DNA of 64,000 bases from Octopus sinensis (taxonomy: Eukaryota), in the NCBI RefSeq assembly GCF_006345805.1, contig NC_043012.1:52390001-52454000 (forward strand), read 5' to 3'. The notes below the pieces were generated by a model, which was not told where the DNA came from, ran no database searches, and was given only the letters and a program-made list of their open reading frames with translations. This document shows, piece after piece, positions 24,870-39,710 of the stretch. The stretch's first letter is position 1. Each line of letters starts with the position of its first letter. A program made the translations under genes and the position numbers.

Positions 24870-25685
24870 ACGATGATGATAATGAGTGCCTGTGACAATA
24901 CTGAGGATGGCGTTGTGGAGGTGGAGTGATGACGTCAACGGCGATGACGTCAATGGCGACGACGTTGGTTCGCCGCGTACCATAGATATACGGATATTGT
25001 TGGTAGTTAGGTATTGGTGTTGTTAGTTCTGAGAAGTAGAGCTAGTGGCACTGGTGACGGTTGAGACAGTATAGGTTGCCGTGGTGATGGTAGCGACGCT
25101 GGAATCGGTGATGGTGGTGGAAGCATTAGCGGTTTCGGTGGTGCTCGTGGTTCTCTTGTTACAAGTGCTTATAATGGTGATGATAATTAAGATGAAGGTG
25201 TAATGATGTAGATGGTAGTCAAATTGCTCTTTGTGATGTAGGTAGTGGTGGTGCTCATGCTGGTGGTGCTGGTGGTGGCTTTGATGATGTTGTGGTGGTG
25301 GTGGTGTGGTGGTGGTGGTGGTGGTGGTGATGGTGGTGATAGTGGTGGTGCTGGTGGTGCTGGTGGTAGTTTTTGTTGTCGTCATGGTCATAGTGTTGAG
25401 GGTATTAGTTGAGGTAGTGCGGACGATGGTTTAGTAGTAGTAGTAGTAGTAGTAGGCGACGGCGGCGAGCTGGCAGAAACGTTAGCACGCCGGGCGAAAT
25501 GCTTAGGAGAATTTCGTCTGCCGTTAGGTTCTGAGCTCGTTCTGAGTTCAAATTCTGCCGAGGTCGACTTTACCTTCCATCCTTTCAGGGACGATGAATT
25601 AAGTACCAGTTACGCACTGAAGTCGATGTAATCGACTTAATCCATTTGCTTGCCCTTGTTTGTCCCTTGTGGGCAATATAGAAAT

Positions 25686-25721
<36 letters not shown>

Positions 25722-25931
25722 CAGTGATGGTGGTGGTGATGGTGATGGTGGTGATGATTGTGATGATCGCAGTGGTAGTAGTATTAGAAGAGGTTGTGGC
25801 TTTTTCTTTCTAATTTGTTGTTACTGCTGCTGTAGGTGGTGTTGATGATAGTGTTGTTGATGATAGTGTTGATGATGGTAATCGCAGTGATGACAGAAAT
25901 AGTAGAGAATCTTGTAGTAGTAGTAGTAGTA

Positions 25932-25983
<52 letters not shown>

Positions 25984-26260
25984 CAGTAGTAGTAGTAGCA
26001 GTTGTGTTGATGGAGGCTGTGGTAATGGTTATGGCGGTGCTTGTAGTTGTACCGATGGTGGTGGTGGTGGTAGTGCCGTTGATATTACAGCTGGTGGCGC
26101 AGTTGCGGGTGGTGTTGTTGACAGCATTGGTGACGATGTTAGTGGTGGTGATGGTGGTTGTGGTGACGGTGCTGGTGCTGGTGGTAGTGGCAGCGGTGTC
26201 GGCGGCGGTGATGCTGATATATCGCGATAAAGGCTGACAACGATGTTGGCGAAGATGCGG
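24870..26260 (+). repeat. Long degenerate trinucleotide region (GAT/GGT/GTA/GTT)n
   Basis: Read directly. Interrupted by a SINE B copy. Confidence 0.9.
25461..25688 (+). mobile_element. tRNA-derived SINE family B
   Basis: GGCGGCGAGCTGGCAGAAACGTTAGCACGCCGGGCGAAATG..GAGTTCAAATTC..GAGGTCGACTTT.CCTT.CATCCTTTC.GGG..GATA/GAATTAAGTACCAGTT. Nine or more copies in window. Confidence 0.9.
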
Positions 26261-26354
26261 CAACCGATAGTTCTATTGTTTGTCACATCGTTATAGGTGT
26301 GACCACTTTGATAAGCTATCTGAGAAAAATGAGTTGAAAAGAAAAAGAAATGAG

Positions 26355-26387
<33 letters not shown>

Positions 26388-26389
26388 AA

Positions 26390-26455
<66 letters not shown>

Positions 26456-26831
26456 AAAAAAGAAAAGAATACAAGAGAGAGAAAACTTTTGAAGGTGATC
26501 GTAAAATGTAATATTTATGGAATTTAGTCTATTATTGGTTAGTTATCTAGAAAAATTGATAAATGAATATTGTCTCTGGAGTTGACTTAGAAATATAATG
26601 ACTTCAGATTCCAGCGGTAATGGGCAATAAAAATGGCCTCGCTGTTTGGGTGGGTACACCGTATTTATGTAGCTCACAAATTTCTTTCTCTGTTAAAGCT
26701 TTAGTGATTTATATAGGTGCTGATAATTAGCCTGCTGTTATAATGAGAGAATGTAATGAGGCGTTTGACACGTCTATCTTTATGGCTAGATCGTCATATT
26801 CAAACAGAAAACAGAAAAGATGTGTGTTTAT

Positions 26832-26877
<46 letters not shown>

Positions 26878-27347
26878 GTATGTATGTTTGTATTTGTATG
26901 TATGTATGTATCATTTTCCATACATATGTATGAATGCCGTACATATGTAATGTATGTATATATGTATGTATGTATGTATGGCGTTTCTGAAATTTTAGCG
27001 TCGTATAAATTCGAAAATAAAATAAAATAATGTAAAATAATATAACTATAATATAATATGATATAATATAATATAATATAATATAATATGATATAATGCA
27101 ATATAATGTAAGTGAAACAGGTAGCTTATCTCGTTTAGCACAAGAAAGGAATAATTTTGTGATTGTGATAGTGATCAGCGTGAAATTTCGCTATGTACTA
27201 CAGCCCAGCAATTCTAAACCGCCATTTTTTTTCTTGGCCTTTTGTTTTGGTATCCTCTTGTTTTCTCAAATTTACATAAATTCGTGCTACATATGAAACA
27301 CCCCACCACACGCACGCACACACATCTCCCTATATACATACATACAT

Positions 27348-27398
<51 letters not shown>

Positions 27399-27669
27399 AT
27401 ATACATATGTGTATGAATATATATGTGCGTGAATGTTGTGTGTGTTTGTGAGTGTATGTGCATGTGTGAGACTATGTGTATTTGCGTATACATTTGTAAG
27501 TATATACCCTCGTAAGTAATTCCTATATAGGCACAGGAAATGGCCACGTGGCTTAGATGGCTGATTTTGTAATCACATCTTTCTTGGTTCAATCTCACTT
27601 CGCGCAGAATGTTGGATCATGTCGGATTAAACTTTTCCTCGTGCAAGCATATATACATACGCAGATACG

Positions 27670-27708
<39 letters not shown>

Positions 27709-27709
<1 letters not shown>

Positions 27710-27962
27710 AGAATACAGTGTACATTCAAACACATAAGAGATACCCAGAAAATAGGATATCTGACGCCCTAGAAAGAGCAGTTAAACTCCAAGCCACTAA
27801 TTGTTGTAACTCCGAAAGTGATTGAAAACTTTAAAAAATTACCGTATATCACTTTCGGAATAACAACAATCAGTGGCTTGGAGATTAACTGCTCTTTCTA
27901 GTGAGTCAGATATCCTATTTTTGGGGGTATCTCTTCTGTGTTTGAATGCACACTATATTCTT
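27709..27962. repeat. Long imperfect inverted repeat (~114-bp arms, ~25-bp spacer)
   Basis: 27709-27822 versus reverse complement of 27848-27962: about 90% identical by manual alignment. Confidence 0.92.
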
Positions 27963-28111
27963 CTCTGAATAATGTATAGTCTACGGACTAAATTTTTTCC
28001 TTCTCGCTAGACCACTGGTAGCTAAGAATTTTTTCGGTAAATATTCTTGCTACCCTAAGATTTTAATTAATGATAATATATATGTATACATGTGTGCCTC
28101 TGTGTGTGTGG

Positions 28112-28169
<58 letters not shown>

Positions 28170-28382
28170 GTGCATGTAGGCAATAAAGTTTATCCTCAGA
28201 TTAGTGCGATTAGAATTACGTTGGCAGCTAAATCTCTCGGGTCAGAGACACTCTACAGTGATGAAATACTTGAGTTCATTTTATATTGTTTTACGTTAAC
28301 CTCATTATCATTATCGTTAGTATTAGCATTAATTATTATTACTATTATTATTATTATTATTATTATTGTTATTATTATTTTC

Positions 28383-28819
28383 GGATCTTTTCGGTTTGAA
28401 CGGCAGTTTTTTCTAGCGATGTCATATGAAATTGTCACCCATAATTATGACCCTAGTATCGATCTATTGCATTTCAATCTGTTTTAGGGTTAGGGTTAGA
28501 GTTAGGGTTAGTTAGGGTTAGGGGTGGGGGAAGGGTATCTTTTTTTCTTCACAAATGTAAATAAACCCAATCTGTTTCTTAAACGAGGGACATATTCATA
28601 CGGCACAGAATGTTTTTAACCTCAATAGACGTCATTGATTGGTTGAAATTGCAGAAATTGAAGAAAAACAACAACAAATATCTTACAACCTATAGAATTT
28701 TCTCAATAAATCCAAGAGAAAAGATGTTTTATAAACACATTCTACCAGTATACTAAATTTAAAATTTTTTAGTAATCTAGAAATTATGTTAAAAACTGCC
28801 GTTCAAACCGAAAAGATCC
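28383..28819 (+). mobile_element. MITE copy 3
   Basis: Perfect 29-bp TIRs and 8-bp TSD TTATTTTC (28375-28382, 28820-28827). TTAGGG-type tract at 28484-28535. Confidence 0.94.
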
Positions 28820-29863
28820 TTATTTTCTAACGAAGTCGATGAATAGTTGTAGCACAGTGCATTTACTCCATAAGTATTTTTAAATTGAATATGACATTGG
28901 TAATACCAGAAAGTGAACATGGGCAGTCATGTTTTGAGTTCTGTCTTCCTGCTTGCATCATCATATCTACGTATATACAATGTTGTACACTTTAAAATTT
29001 TCCTGTAAGTCTTGTAAGTCTTAAATCCTTTCCATCTCTCTCTCCATTTTATCAAATGGCTCTTCAGATCTACTTCACACCATTTCGCTTGACTTTCATC
29101 TTTCTCACCCGATATATTTCTAATAGAAGTAGAATTCACGCTATGATTACAACTGTTTCCACTAATGGATTCTCTCCATATCCATATGAATGTTTAGACA
29201 TAGAAATGCTTCCGTATTTATTTGTTGTCAGTGTTTCCTCTTACGGTTTTACAGTTCCAATTTAATATATAGAAAATTTATAATTCGTATTTCTCATTCT
29301 TTTAATTCATTTTTCAACTGATTAAACACGTATGTTATTGGAAAGGGGAAATTTTGATGTATCCAATTATTATAAGACTAAAATCCCTTTTTTCTTTTTA
29401 CTGGTGAAAATTTGCAAGTTTGCATTTCATTGAATATGGAAGGAACTAACTTTCGAGATTTTGCAACCAAAATTGATATATTGGTTTCTGATTTAGGCAC
29501 GAAACCAGAAATATTGAGGGAAGAGCGTTAGTTGACGCCATGGAGATAACGGATACTTTTATTTTATCAACAGAGAAAGGCTGAAGAACAATAGTGGAAC
29601 TTGGCAGTATTCGAACTCAAAATGTAAAGAGCCGGAACAGATAGTGTAAATTAGTTATCCTGATACTCTAACAATTCTCCTATCTCACTGAATTCAATTT
29701 AATCCAATACATTTCTCTGTGAGAAGGAACTTGAGAAAATGCACCAGGCTCGCTGATGTTGTCACCAACAGTTAAGCTGTCCGACTGAGGACGTCTACAC
29801 AGGTCACCGATTCGTCATTGTATTAGATAATATTCTGAGGGCATGGATGGAAGCACCCCGTCT

Positions 29864-30230
29864 GTTACGACGACGATGGTTCCGGTTGATCCGAATCAAC
29901 GGAACAGCCTGCTCGTGAAATTAACGTGTAAGTGGCTGAGCACTCCACAGACACGTGTACCCTTAACGTAGTTCTCGGGGATATTCAGCGTGACACAGAG
30001 AGTGACAAGACCGGCCCTTTGAAATACAGGTACAACAGAAACATGAAGTAAGAGTGAGAGAAAGTTGTGGTGAAAGAGTACAGCAGGGATCACCACCATC
30101 CCCTGCCGGAGCCTCGTGGAGCTTTAGGTGTTTTCGCTCAATAAACACTCACAACGCCCGGTCTGGGAATCGAAACCGCGATCCTATGACCGCGAGTCCG
30201 CTGCCCTAACCACTGGGCCATTGCGCCTCC
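29864..30230 (-). mobile_element. tRNA-derived SINE family D (well preserved)
   Basis: Minus strand head GGAGGCGCAATGGCCCAGTGGTTAGGG..GGTTTCGATTCCCAGACC with A and B boxes. Long body ending in (GTC)n. Confidence 0.8.
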
Positions 30231-33025
30231 ACTCTGAAGGGATAAGATGCTGATGATAAGAGATTACATTTCAATCTTAGTTCAATATTCAGCGTTTCTT
30301 ATTAGAATCAACCTGCCATTTGACATTTCATTTCCAACAAGCACCTATATCATATTTTTCAGCCACTAATCCTCCCTATCTAATGTAATAGAAACTATCA
30401 CACTACGAATCTATATTGTTAGGCCTAAATGAATTCAACATTGTAGGCTCACAAGCATTTATGTTTGGTTTCATGAAGAAGAATGACAAACCATCATCAA
30501 GAAAGGTTGAGCAGAGATTAGTGGAATGGTAAGTTAAGGACATAATGGCGTTCAGTTCCAGAATTTTCCATGAGTGTAATTACCCTCAATGAACTACAGG
30601 AATAGGAAATACCTTTCATATCATTTCATGAACATCAAATTATGGATATAAAAACACTTAATCAACACGGGCTCGAAACGTTATGATACTCAGCCTCTTG
30701 CAACGTATAAACATATTGAATGCAAGCTTACCAACTTCACTAAATAAATACTCTATGACACATGCCAACGCCAGTTTCTTTATTTTTTGCTATTTTTACA
30801 TTATTCTATGCGATTCAAGCTACATATGAATACAATGGTGAAGTATGTGTGTGTGTTAGCCCCTTTCTGCGGTAGCTAGATTAACGGCTCCTTCATCATA
30901 AGTATCATACTTTCGACTTCAGCAAATACATGTATGTAAAGTTGCCGCCCTGCGCAATCCGTATACCCCGCATACCCCATGATAAGCTATGAATAGCTAT
31001 AAAATTATGTTCTGGCTATATTAATATATATCTCGCAAGATATAGTCAATGATAAAGTGACATCACTTCCCATAAGGAGTAATTTGGAATAAGATATTCA
31101 TATTCTCGTTTGTTTGGAAGCACTATGGGACGGAACCTTACACGGTCTAATAATACTGAAGATAGCCTAGCAACGTCTGGCTTTTATCCTATAAAAATCA
31201 ACTTGTAATTGGGGTGGGAACTTAGGTTCCAACACCAGCTATTGCACGTGTCGGTGCATCGCCACTTACAATATTGCAGTTACTCGATATTAAATGAAGA
31301 GAAACTAGTGCAGGGATGATTGAAAGTTACGCTGAAAAATCGTTCATGTTTGAACCCGATCGCCGGAGATCTACCACTGCCGCTGGTATTACTCACGTAG
31401 TTAAGATTTCGCTTTTGTACCTACTGTTATGTAATACGATTACACAAGATGATTAACAGTATCATTTTGTATTTGATGGCAGTAATTAATCATTAAAATC
31501 AACTGCATTGTGCCAAAAGGGTTAATAGTTATTGCAAGCTGATTTTGTAAGATGGAAAAGCAATAGTCAAACAAAGAAGATTTTCTGATTCACTAGCTCG
31601 AGAGTAAGCACACTTTCCTGGGGGGTTGGCATTTAGGGATATTTCAACCACAGTGCGTCGTTAATTATGCAATCAGAATTCTAGGAAAGCAACTATTTAA
31701 AATGTTGAAGGTCTAAAGGTCAACGAAACATTACGTTAATAGGTAAGATGCATTTGTTAAATGAGCGACATTGTCACAGCAAGAGATGATTAAGAATGAA
31801 GAGCAACTGGACCGAAAAAATAACTACATCCGGTAATTATCTTAATATTCTCTTGTTCGTCATGGCAGCACGTGCTGTCCCATGCTTCGTTTCAAATAGT
31901 CAGCCACCATAGGAAGAGAAAGCAACGTTTTACTTCCTGATTAAAAGAAAATTCATTTCAATTACTTTAAAAGTAAACGCTGAAAAAGAAAACAGCATCT
32001 AATTGCATAATTTTCTTTTTTCCTATTTTCGTTTTTGTAAATAGCTGTACACAGACAACGAAAACATTTTAGCGAATGCACAATTTCCTCATCTCTACAT
32101 ACTTTCAAGTGAGCATGTATTTCCTAGTTTTTCAGAAGACTGGAGTCTTCTTTCAACAATATTAGTTGTGAGTAGCGATGCATGCCAATGCTAACCAATA
32201 GAGCGTGCTTCTTATATGAAAAAGCACATTAGATTTTCAGGTCGGAATGCACATCTACTGATCACAGAAACGGTAAATGCTCTAATGAACATACATAAAA
32301 TTATACTGCTATCTGTGATATATCTTTCGAATAATTCTTGCAGATTATATTAAATCGCTATTGTTGTTTATATGATAGAAAGGCATGTTTAAGTACACAC
32401 CCATATATATGTTTATGTGTGTATAAGTCTGCGTGTATATATGTATGTATGTATATTTATATATCTTTGTATATATATATATATAACCGCGCATTCGCAT
32501 ATACCCGTATAAAGTGTGAGTGCGTGATTTTATTATTTTACTTCTATTGATATTTCATTGCCTCTGCCTTATTTCGGATATCGCAACAGCTCACATTGCT
32601 AACAGATCAAATAAAGCCACTTAAATTTACAACCCGGGGAAGGAATAATCCCACCTCTCTCAGAAGAACATCTCAAATATAAGTTTTATACATTTATATA
32701 TCTGGGGTTTATACATTTATATATCTGGGTCGAGATGAGAGCACATAAGTGACATTCATCCTTTTTCTATGGGCATCAGAGAACTTGCTTCAGCAAAATC
32801 CAGCACTGTGTTTCTATATTTCAGTATATTTTCCGTCTTATTTCTCTTCTACATAATTAATTACACTACTCTATGAATGTCTATACTCCAAATCAAATAC
32901 ATTAAGCAATAACACACAAGCATATTATACCCAACTATTCCGGGATTCTGCTTTTCCCTACATTACAGCTTAACTGTAATGGACTTAACTTGATTAAAGT
33001 ATATTATATTATGTTGAGCTAATTA

Positions 33026-33232
33026 AAGGCGGTGATCTGAAAGAATCGTTAGCACGCCGGGTAAAATGCTTTGCGATATTTCGTCAGCCTTTACCTTCTG
33101 AGTCCAAATTTCGCCTTTCATCATAACGCGCTCAATAAAATAAGTACCATTTGAGCGTTGCGTGGGGTGTCGATCAAATCCACTTAGACCCTCCCCTATA
33201 ATTTCTGGCTTTGTTCCAAAATTTGAAACCAT
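33026..33232 (+). mobile_element. SINE family B (diverged)
   Basis: AAGGCGGTGATCTG..GTTAGCACGCCGGG..AAATAAGTACCA. Confidence 0.75.
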
Positions 33233-33361
33233 TATGTTGCAATAATTATTTATATTATGTTTCACCTTACAACTATTGTTGAATAGATACCACTTTAATA
33301 CATCACTACTCTACTACACAATTGGTAGTAATACTGCTGCATCTCTTTCAGAAAGTGACAG

Positions 33362-33967
33362 AACTATAATCTTTTATTTTTTGGTGAGTTGGGGAGGAGA
33401 TCTGGACACACAAAGCACAGGGCCGAATCAAATACCGCAAAAGCATTAAAGAGAGAGGCAGTAATCATTCAACCAATTCAAAGCCATGAACTGATGTTAT
33501 TACAGTTAGCAATCCCGAAAGACAAAATTACTTTCAGTAGGATCGAACTCAAAACATGGAGCACAGAACAACTACTGCAACGCCTTCTTCCCAATGCACT
33601 AACCATTCTGCCAATTCGCTGTCTCGTACTGCTCTACTCTTGCACTACATTGTTATTCTCCAATAACTATAATCTTTTATTTTTTGGTGAGTTGGGGAGG
33701 AGATCTGGACACACAAAGCACAGGGCCGAAACAAATACCGCAAAAGCATTAAAGAGAGAGGCAGTAATCATTCAACCAATTCAAAGCCACGAACTGATGT
33801 TATTACAGTTATCAATCCCGAAAGACAAAATTACTTTCAGTAGGATCGAACTCAAAACATGGAGCACAGAACAACTACTGCAACGCTTTCTTCCCAATGC
33901 ACTAACCATTCTGCCAATTCGCTGTCTCGTACTGCTCTACTCTTGCACTACATTGTTATTCTCCAAT
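33362..33967 (+). repeat. 303-bp tandem duplication (2 copies) containing a degraded reverse SINE-B head
   Basis: AACTATAATCTTTTA at 33362 and 33665; the copies are nearly identical. Confidence 0.93.
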
Positions 33968-34772
33968 AGCTTGCACTACTAATCTACTACACTATATTTC
34001 TACACAACAGCCCAGCCCAACGTAGTTACATTTTCTCTACATTTCGAAATATTAGACTATACACCAGATAGCAATAATATTCAGACGGATGGGGTGATGC
34101 ATGTGTTTACAGATGGAGCAAAAGAAATGAATGAATGAATGTGTGGATAGAGAGAGATTGGACGAAACAGAGATTGTCTTATATATATAAGTGAAGAGGA
34201 AAGAAGGGGCATATACAAAGGGGACGGAGAACGAAATGAAATACTAGGGAAGAGGACAGAAAAAAGAGGGGAAAGAAGAGACAAAATGGAGAAGAGAGAG
34301 AGAGAGAGAGAAGTTAGAGAACCAGACAAACACCCGCAGAAGGAGCACAAGAGAAAAATATTGGGGAAAATGTATATATAAAAAAAAACGTGATGGAATT
34401 GAGGAGGGATAGAAACTGATAGAGTAAATCGAAAGGAGTGATGAGAGAGGTAAATTTAACAATAACGAGGTCGAACTAGCGGGTTGGAGAGATAGATAGA
34501 TTGGCAGACATAGAGAGAGAGAGAGAGGGTGGGAGGGAAGAGAAAGAGGTAGTGAGTTATATACAATTAGATAATAGAATTAGTGAGATATAGAAATGCT
34601 ATTAAACCCTACAGTCAGTTAACATTGACAATAGAAACTCTGCATGAATCAGAGATTAATTCATTTCATTTCCCAAAACTCTGTGTAAATATGTAAGTAT
34701 AAATATCAATATGGTGATCGATAGATGATGCAATATTCTGGAATACTGTTTGCCCTTACTTGATTTAGTACA

Positions 34773-34849
<77 letters not shown>

Positions 34850-35178
34850 TATTTGTGTGCAAATATACATATATATATATATTATATATATATATATATA
34901 TATATTTGTATGTGTGCGTATACAAATATATATATACATATATATGTGCTCTTATGGAAATATATATATATATATATATGTATGTATTTGTGTGTGTTTG
35001 TGTGTGTATGTATGGAGGCTTCTGTATATTTATATGTGCATATAATATATTATTATACGTTGGTTTTATTTTATTACTTGCAATACAGATGATGCAGGCA
35101 TGTTTTAATATGGCTTTATGCAGAAAACAACAAAAAAAATCTAGAACACTGCTTCATTCATATGCAAACCAGAATACT

Positions 35179-35224
<46 letters not shown>

Positions 35225-35534
35225 ATATATATACATACATACACGAATATGTATACACAGGGTCATGGAAACACACATGAGTATATATCTGTATATGCGA
35301 GTATATCTGTGCCTATTAGACAAAGAGAAATAACGTACAGAAAATGTAATTGAAAATGAAGAGACTAAGCATGAATACCGAGGAGCAAACTAGCGTTAGA
35401 TACACCAGTGGATAGAGAGACGTATATAAAGAGAAGTAGATATATTGCGGATATACAGAAGAATGTGGGTATGTAAGCTTAGATGTGTAAGAGAGAGAGG
35501 CCTGCATATGTATATATGTATGTATCAATAAAAA

Positions 35535-35535
35535 T

Positions 35536-35575
<40 letters not shown>

Positions 35576-35750
35576 GTAGATAGATTTTTAGATAGATATA
35601 TAGATAGATAGATAGATAGATAGATAAATAAATAGATAGATAAATAGATGCATGGATGGATAGACAGACAGTTATATGGATAGATAGAAAAATAGATAGA
35701 TAGAGAGAGAGACAGAGACAGAGACAGAGGGGGGATAGATAGATAGATAT

Positions 35751-35843
<93 letters not shown>

Positions 35844-35845
35844 CA
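35535..35845 (+). repeat. (GATA)n microsatellite, interrupted
   Basis: Read directly. Confidence 0.95.
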
Positions 35846-36103
35846 GAAATCTAGGTACGTACACACATAGTGACGTAATTTTATACGCGTATGTGTGCAC
35901 AAGTAAATACTCAAATTCACCATATGTATACGCATGTGTGTGTGTTATTTAATACTATATTACGTATTACACATATATTTATATTCATATATCATATTTT
36001 GTATACTATGTATATTAATATACATACCGCACACAGACACACAGGCACACACTCACACAAACACATCCACACGTACACATTCATGCACACATATATATGC
36101 ATG

Positions 36104-36135
<32 letters not shown>

Positions 36136-36543
36136 AAGGCACACAAACAGATTTACACATATGAATAATGCTGTTTTCTGCTGAATAATTGCTCAGGGTA
36201 ATTGCTATGGGTAACAGTCAAACATCTCATAATATTTAAAAATGCTATTTTTTTTTTTTTGCTTTTTTTTTGCCAATTCCAATGATGAAATTTTTCCCCT
36301 AAAAATACATTTGAGGCTTTTCAATTTCGTTTTATTTATATTATTAGAAATTTTTCCATTGCCCTGCCCTTGTTATAAACCCACCCACGCACCATCTCTC
36401 CTTTTTATTTGGATTCCCCAACTGCAATCAGCGCAAAGTTATTAGTTTTATTCTTCGTTGAATATGTATGTGTGTATATATATACGTATGTATCTGTGTA
36501 TGCATGTATGTGGTGTATAAATACACATACACAATAATGCATG

Positions 36544-36574
<31 letters not shown>

Positions 36575-37486
36575 TTACAATATTGTGTGTTCATACATCA
36601 CACACACGCACATATATATCTACATATGCGTATATAAACATTTGTATTCAATATATGTATTTATAAACATATACGTAAATATTTCATATATACATACATG
36701 CATACATCTCTGTATATTCTTATGCGAATATACAACCATATTTTATCCATATATACAAAGAGCGGAAGAGGGAAAAAGAGGGAATATGTGTATAGAGAGA
36801 GGTGAAGAGAGAGAGAGAGAGAGGCAAATAGATTGCGTATAAATATTAAAACTTAAATTCAGCCAACCAAATTCAGGAAACAGGTCCGAATCAGGTCTGA
36901 ACTGCTCTAGTATTCGAATTCCTCAATTTAGTTCAATAATTATTTGCTCTTAATATTTTCTGTTGCTGTCAAGTTTCTGTTCCGGAGTGCTAGGCCCTAT
37001 TGTTGATTATTTGTAATCTTTTATGGAATGTGACTATCCTTGTCTCTTGTATTTTGTGGGGAATTTTTGTTGCTGACATTTTTGTCGTTTTCTTGTCTTT
37101 CGATAAATTTGCGTAAGGGGTTTGTAAATATCTTTCAGTTGTAGGTACCTCGTGACCATTGGTTCGAATCCTGTTTGAGAATGTTCCTCTCATGATTTCT
37201 TGAACATAGAATATCAAAATGTGGTCCCTTTATTAATTATAAGGCAGTCGATGTTTGCCTGTTTCTCTTGAAGCAACCAACAATTCTGAAATAACGCTTT
37301 CAAAAATTTACACACAAATCCACAAATCCATCTGCAATAATCCGTGAAATTAAAAAAAAGCCTGCGTCCAAATCTCCCCAGCATCTAAATGTGGAGAGTT
37401 CAAAATAAGAGACAATGAAAGACTTGGAAGCTTCCCTCGCCTATCTCTCACTCGTTTTATTTCGCTTTCACACACATACACACACA

Positions 37487-37528
<42 letters not shown>

Positions 37529-37614
37529 TACACAAACACACACACACGCACGCACACACACGCACTCATTCTCTCCTCCCTCTTCAATGATAGTATGTAG
37601 GTAATCAATATGGG

Positions 37615-37843
37615 AGGCAAACCGGCAGAAAAGTTAGCACGCCGGGCGAAATGTTAGCAATATTTCGGCTACCGTTACGTTCTGTGTTCAAATTCCGACG
37701 AGGTCGAATTTGTCTTTCGTCTTTTTGGGGTCAATTGAATAAGTACCAGTTACGCACTGGTGTCGATGTAATCGACTTTCCTCCTTTGTTTGTCCTTGTT
37801 TGTTCCCTCTATGTTTAGCCCCCTGTGGGCAGTAAGGAAATAA
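37615..37843 (+). mobile_element. SINE family B
   Basis: Full-length match to the family pattern. Confidence 0.85.
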
Positions 37844-38270
37844 ATATTTATTGGAAACCTGGCTTTGCCAACATCTCTTAGTATATCTTACTTGTGAAAA
37901 TTTTGTATATAACATCAAGTAGTAAAGCAGTTAAACTATATTTATTCTCTTGTAGATTCGGATATAAAATTACTAACATTTATAAAGTATTCAGTTTGTA
38001 TTATACCCACCGATGTTTATAATTTGTTTAGTTATTTTTGTCCCTACAAATCAAGAGCAATATTTCATCATTTGGTGATAGCCAACTACCTCTTTCTCAT
38101 CTTATACCTCGTTAGCAGACCTATGCTAAGACTAGCTTGCGCCTGTTTTCGGAACGCAGCAGTTTCTAGCACATTGGAACAATATTACTTGGAAATTTTA
38201 ATATGTTATGTTTCCAAAATTTGCAGGTATTGCTGTTCTCAATAACTTTTACTATCTGGTCATTCCATGA

Positions 38271-38665
38271 GTCGGTGAGCTGGCAGAAACGTTAGCACGC
38301 CGGGCGAAATGCTTAGCGGTATTTCGTCTGCCGCTACGTTCTGAGTTCAAATTCCGCCGAGGTCGACTTTGCCTTCCATCATTTCGGGGTTGATTAAATA
38401 AGTACCAATTACGTACTGGGGTCGATATAGTCGACTTAATCCATTTGTCTGTCCTAGTTTGTCCTCTCTGTGTTTAGCCCCTTGTGGGTAGTAAAGAAAT
38501 AGGTATTTCGTCTCTCTTTACGTTCTGAGTTCAAATCTGCCGAGGTCGACTTTGCCTTTCATACTTTTGGGGTCAATTAATTAAGTACTAGTTACGCACT
38601 TAGGTCGTTCTAATCGATAGCCCCCTCCCCCAGAATTTCGGGCCTTGTGCCTAGAGTAGAAAAGA
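38271..38665 (+). mobile_element. SINE family B followed by a partial second copy
   Basis: Full copy 38271-38500; 5'-truncated copy with an alternative tail at 38501-38665. Confidence 0.85.
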
Positions 38666-39252
38666 ATAGTTAACACGTCAAAGGAAATGTTTAATGCCAT
38701 TATATTCAGTTACATTCTGAGTTTATATTTCCCTGACGTTAACTTTGCTTTTCATTCGTTCATATTTGATAAATTAAGTACAAGTTCAGCACTTGGGTCG
38801 ATGTAATTATTTGACCCCGCCCACAAAATTGCAGGCCTAGTAACTGTACTAGAAATAATTATTTGGTACGTTCCCTTCTGTCCTTACGCAATGAAGGGCC
38901 GGCTTTCAGAACCCGGACAAAGCTAACTGTAACCTTTGCCAAAAAACACCTCGTTAACAAATCTAAGCAGTATCTATGACTAACACATCTACCCTGCACT
39001 GAATCGATCTATCTATCTCTCCAGCCCATTATTTCGACTCTGAATAATAAACGGGACATAATTTCCCAGTTACGTGGAAGTGTTATGTATTAATAAGTAT
39101 TTCGTAAGCTTTTCCCTGACTTTTGTTTTCTTAATACGCTCCATTTTATTTGGAGCTCCAAAGTTGATAGAAAGGAACGATTTTATTCTCGTGTGTGCGA
39201 AGGGTGTGAGATTGAAAGACAACTGAATTAACAGTTTGTTAGATAGATAGAC

Positions 39253-39327
<75 letters not shown>

Positions 39328-39328
39328 C

Positions 39329-39710
39329 AGGCGTAAAAGTGGCTGTGTGGTAAGTAGCTTGCTTACGAACTACATGGTTCTGGGTTCAGTACCACTCCGT
39401 GGCACCTTGGGCAAGTGTCTTCTACTATAGCCTCGGGCCAACCAAAGCCTTGTGAGTGGATTTAGTTGACGGAAACTGAAAGAAGCCCGTCATATATGTA
39501 TATGTATGTATATATATATATGTGTGTGTGTGTGTGAGTGTGTGTGTGTGTGTGCATGTGTGTGTGTGTGCGTGTATATGTTTGCACGTCAGTGTTTGTC
39601 CCTCCAACATCGCTTGACAACCGATGCTGGTGTGTCTACGTCCCCGACAAAAGGCGGTGCTCCAGCATGGCTACAATCAAATGACTGAAACAAGTGAAAG
39701 AGTAAAAGTG
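39329..39710 (+). mobile_element. SINE family A (internal deletion)
   Basis: Head, CORE-like segment, microsatellite and tail; central body missing. Confidence 0.87.

Noticed and set aside
25023-26406. Thr-rich mucin-like and Val-rich ORFs
   Set aside because: Arise on both strands from degenerate trinucleotide repeats; no splice context, signal peptide or domain.
29864-30230. tRNA-like heads as functional tRNA genes (here and in other SINEs)
   Set aside because: Acceptor and anticodon arms are incomplete and each head is fused to a repeated SINE body.
33389-33982. 197-aa ORF with an internal repeat as a real gene
   Set aside because: Product of a 303-bp duplication over antisense SINE debris; no recognisable domain.
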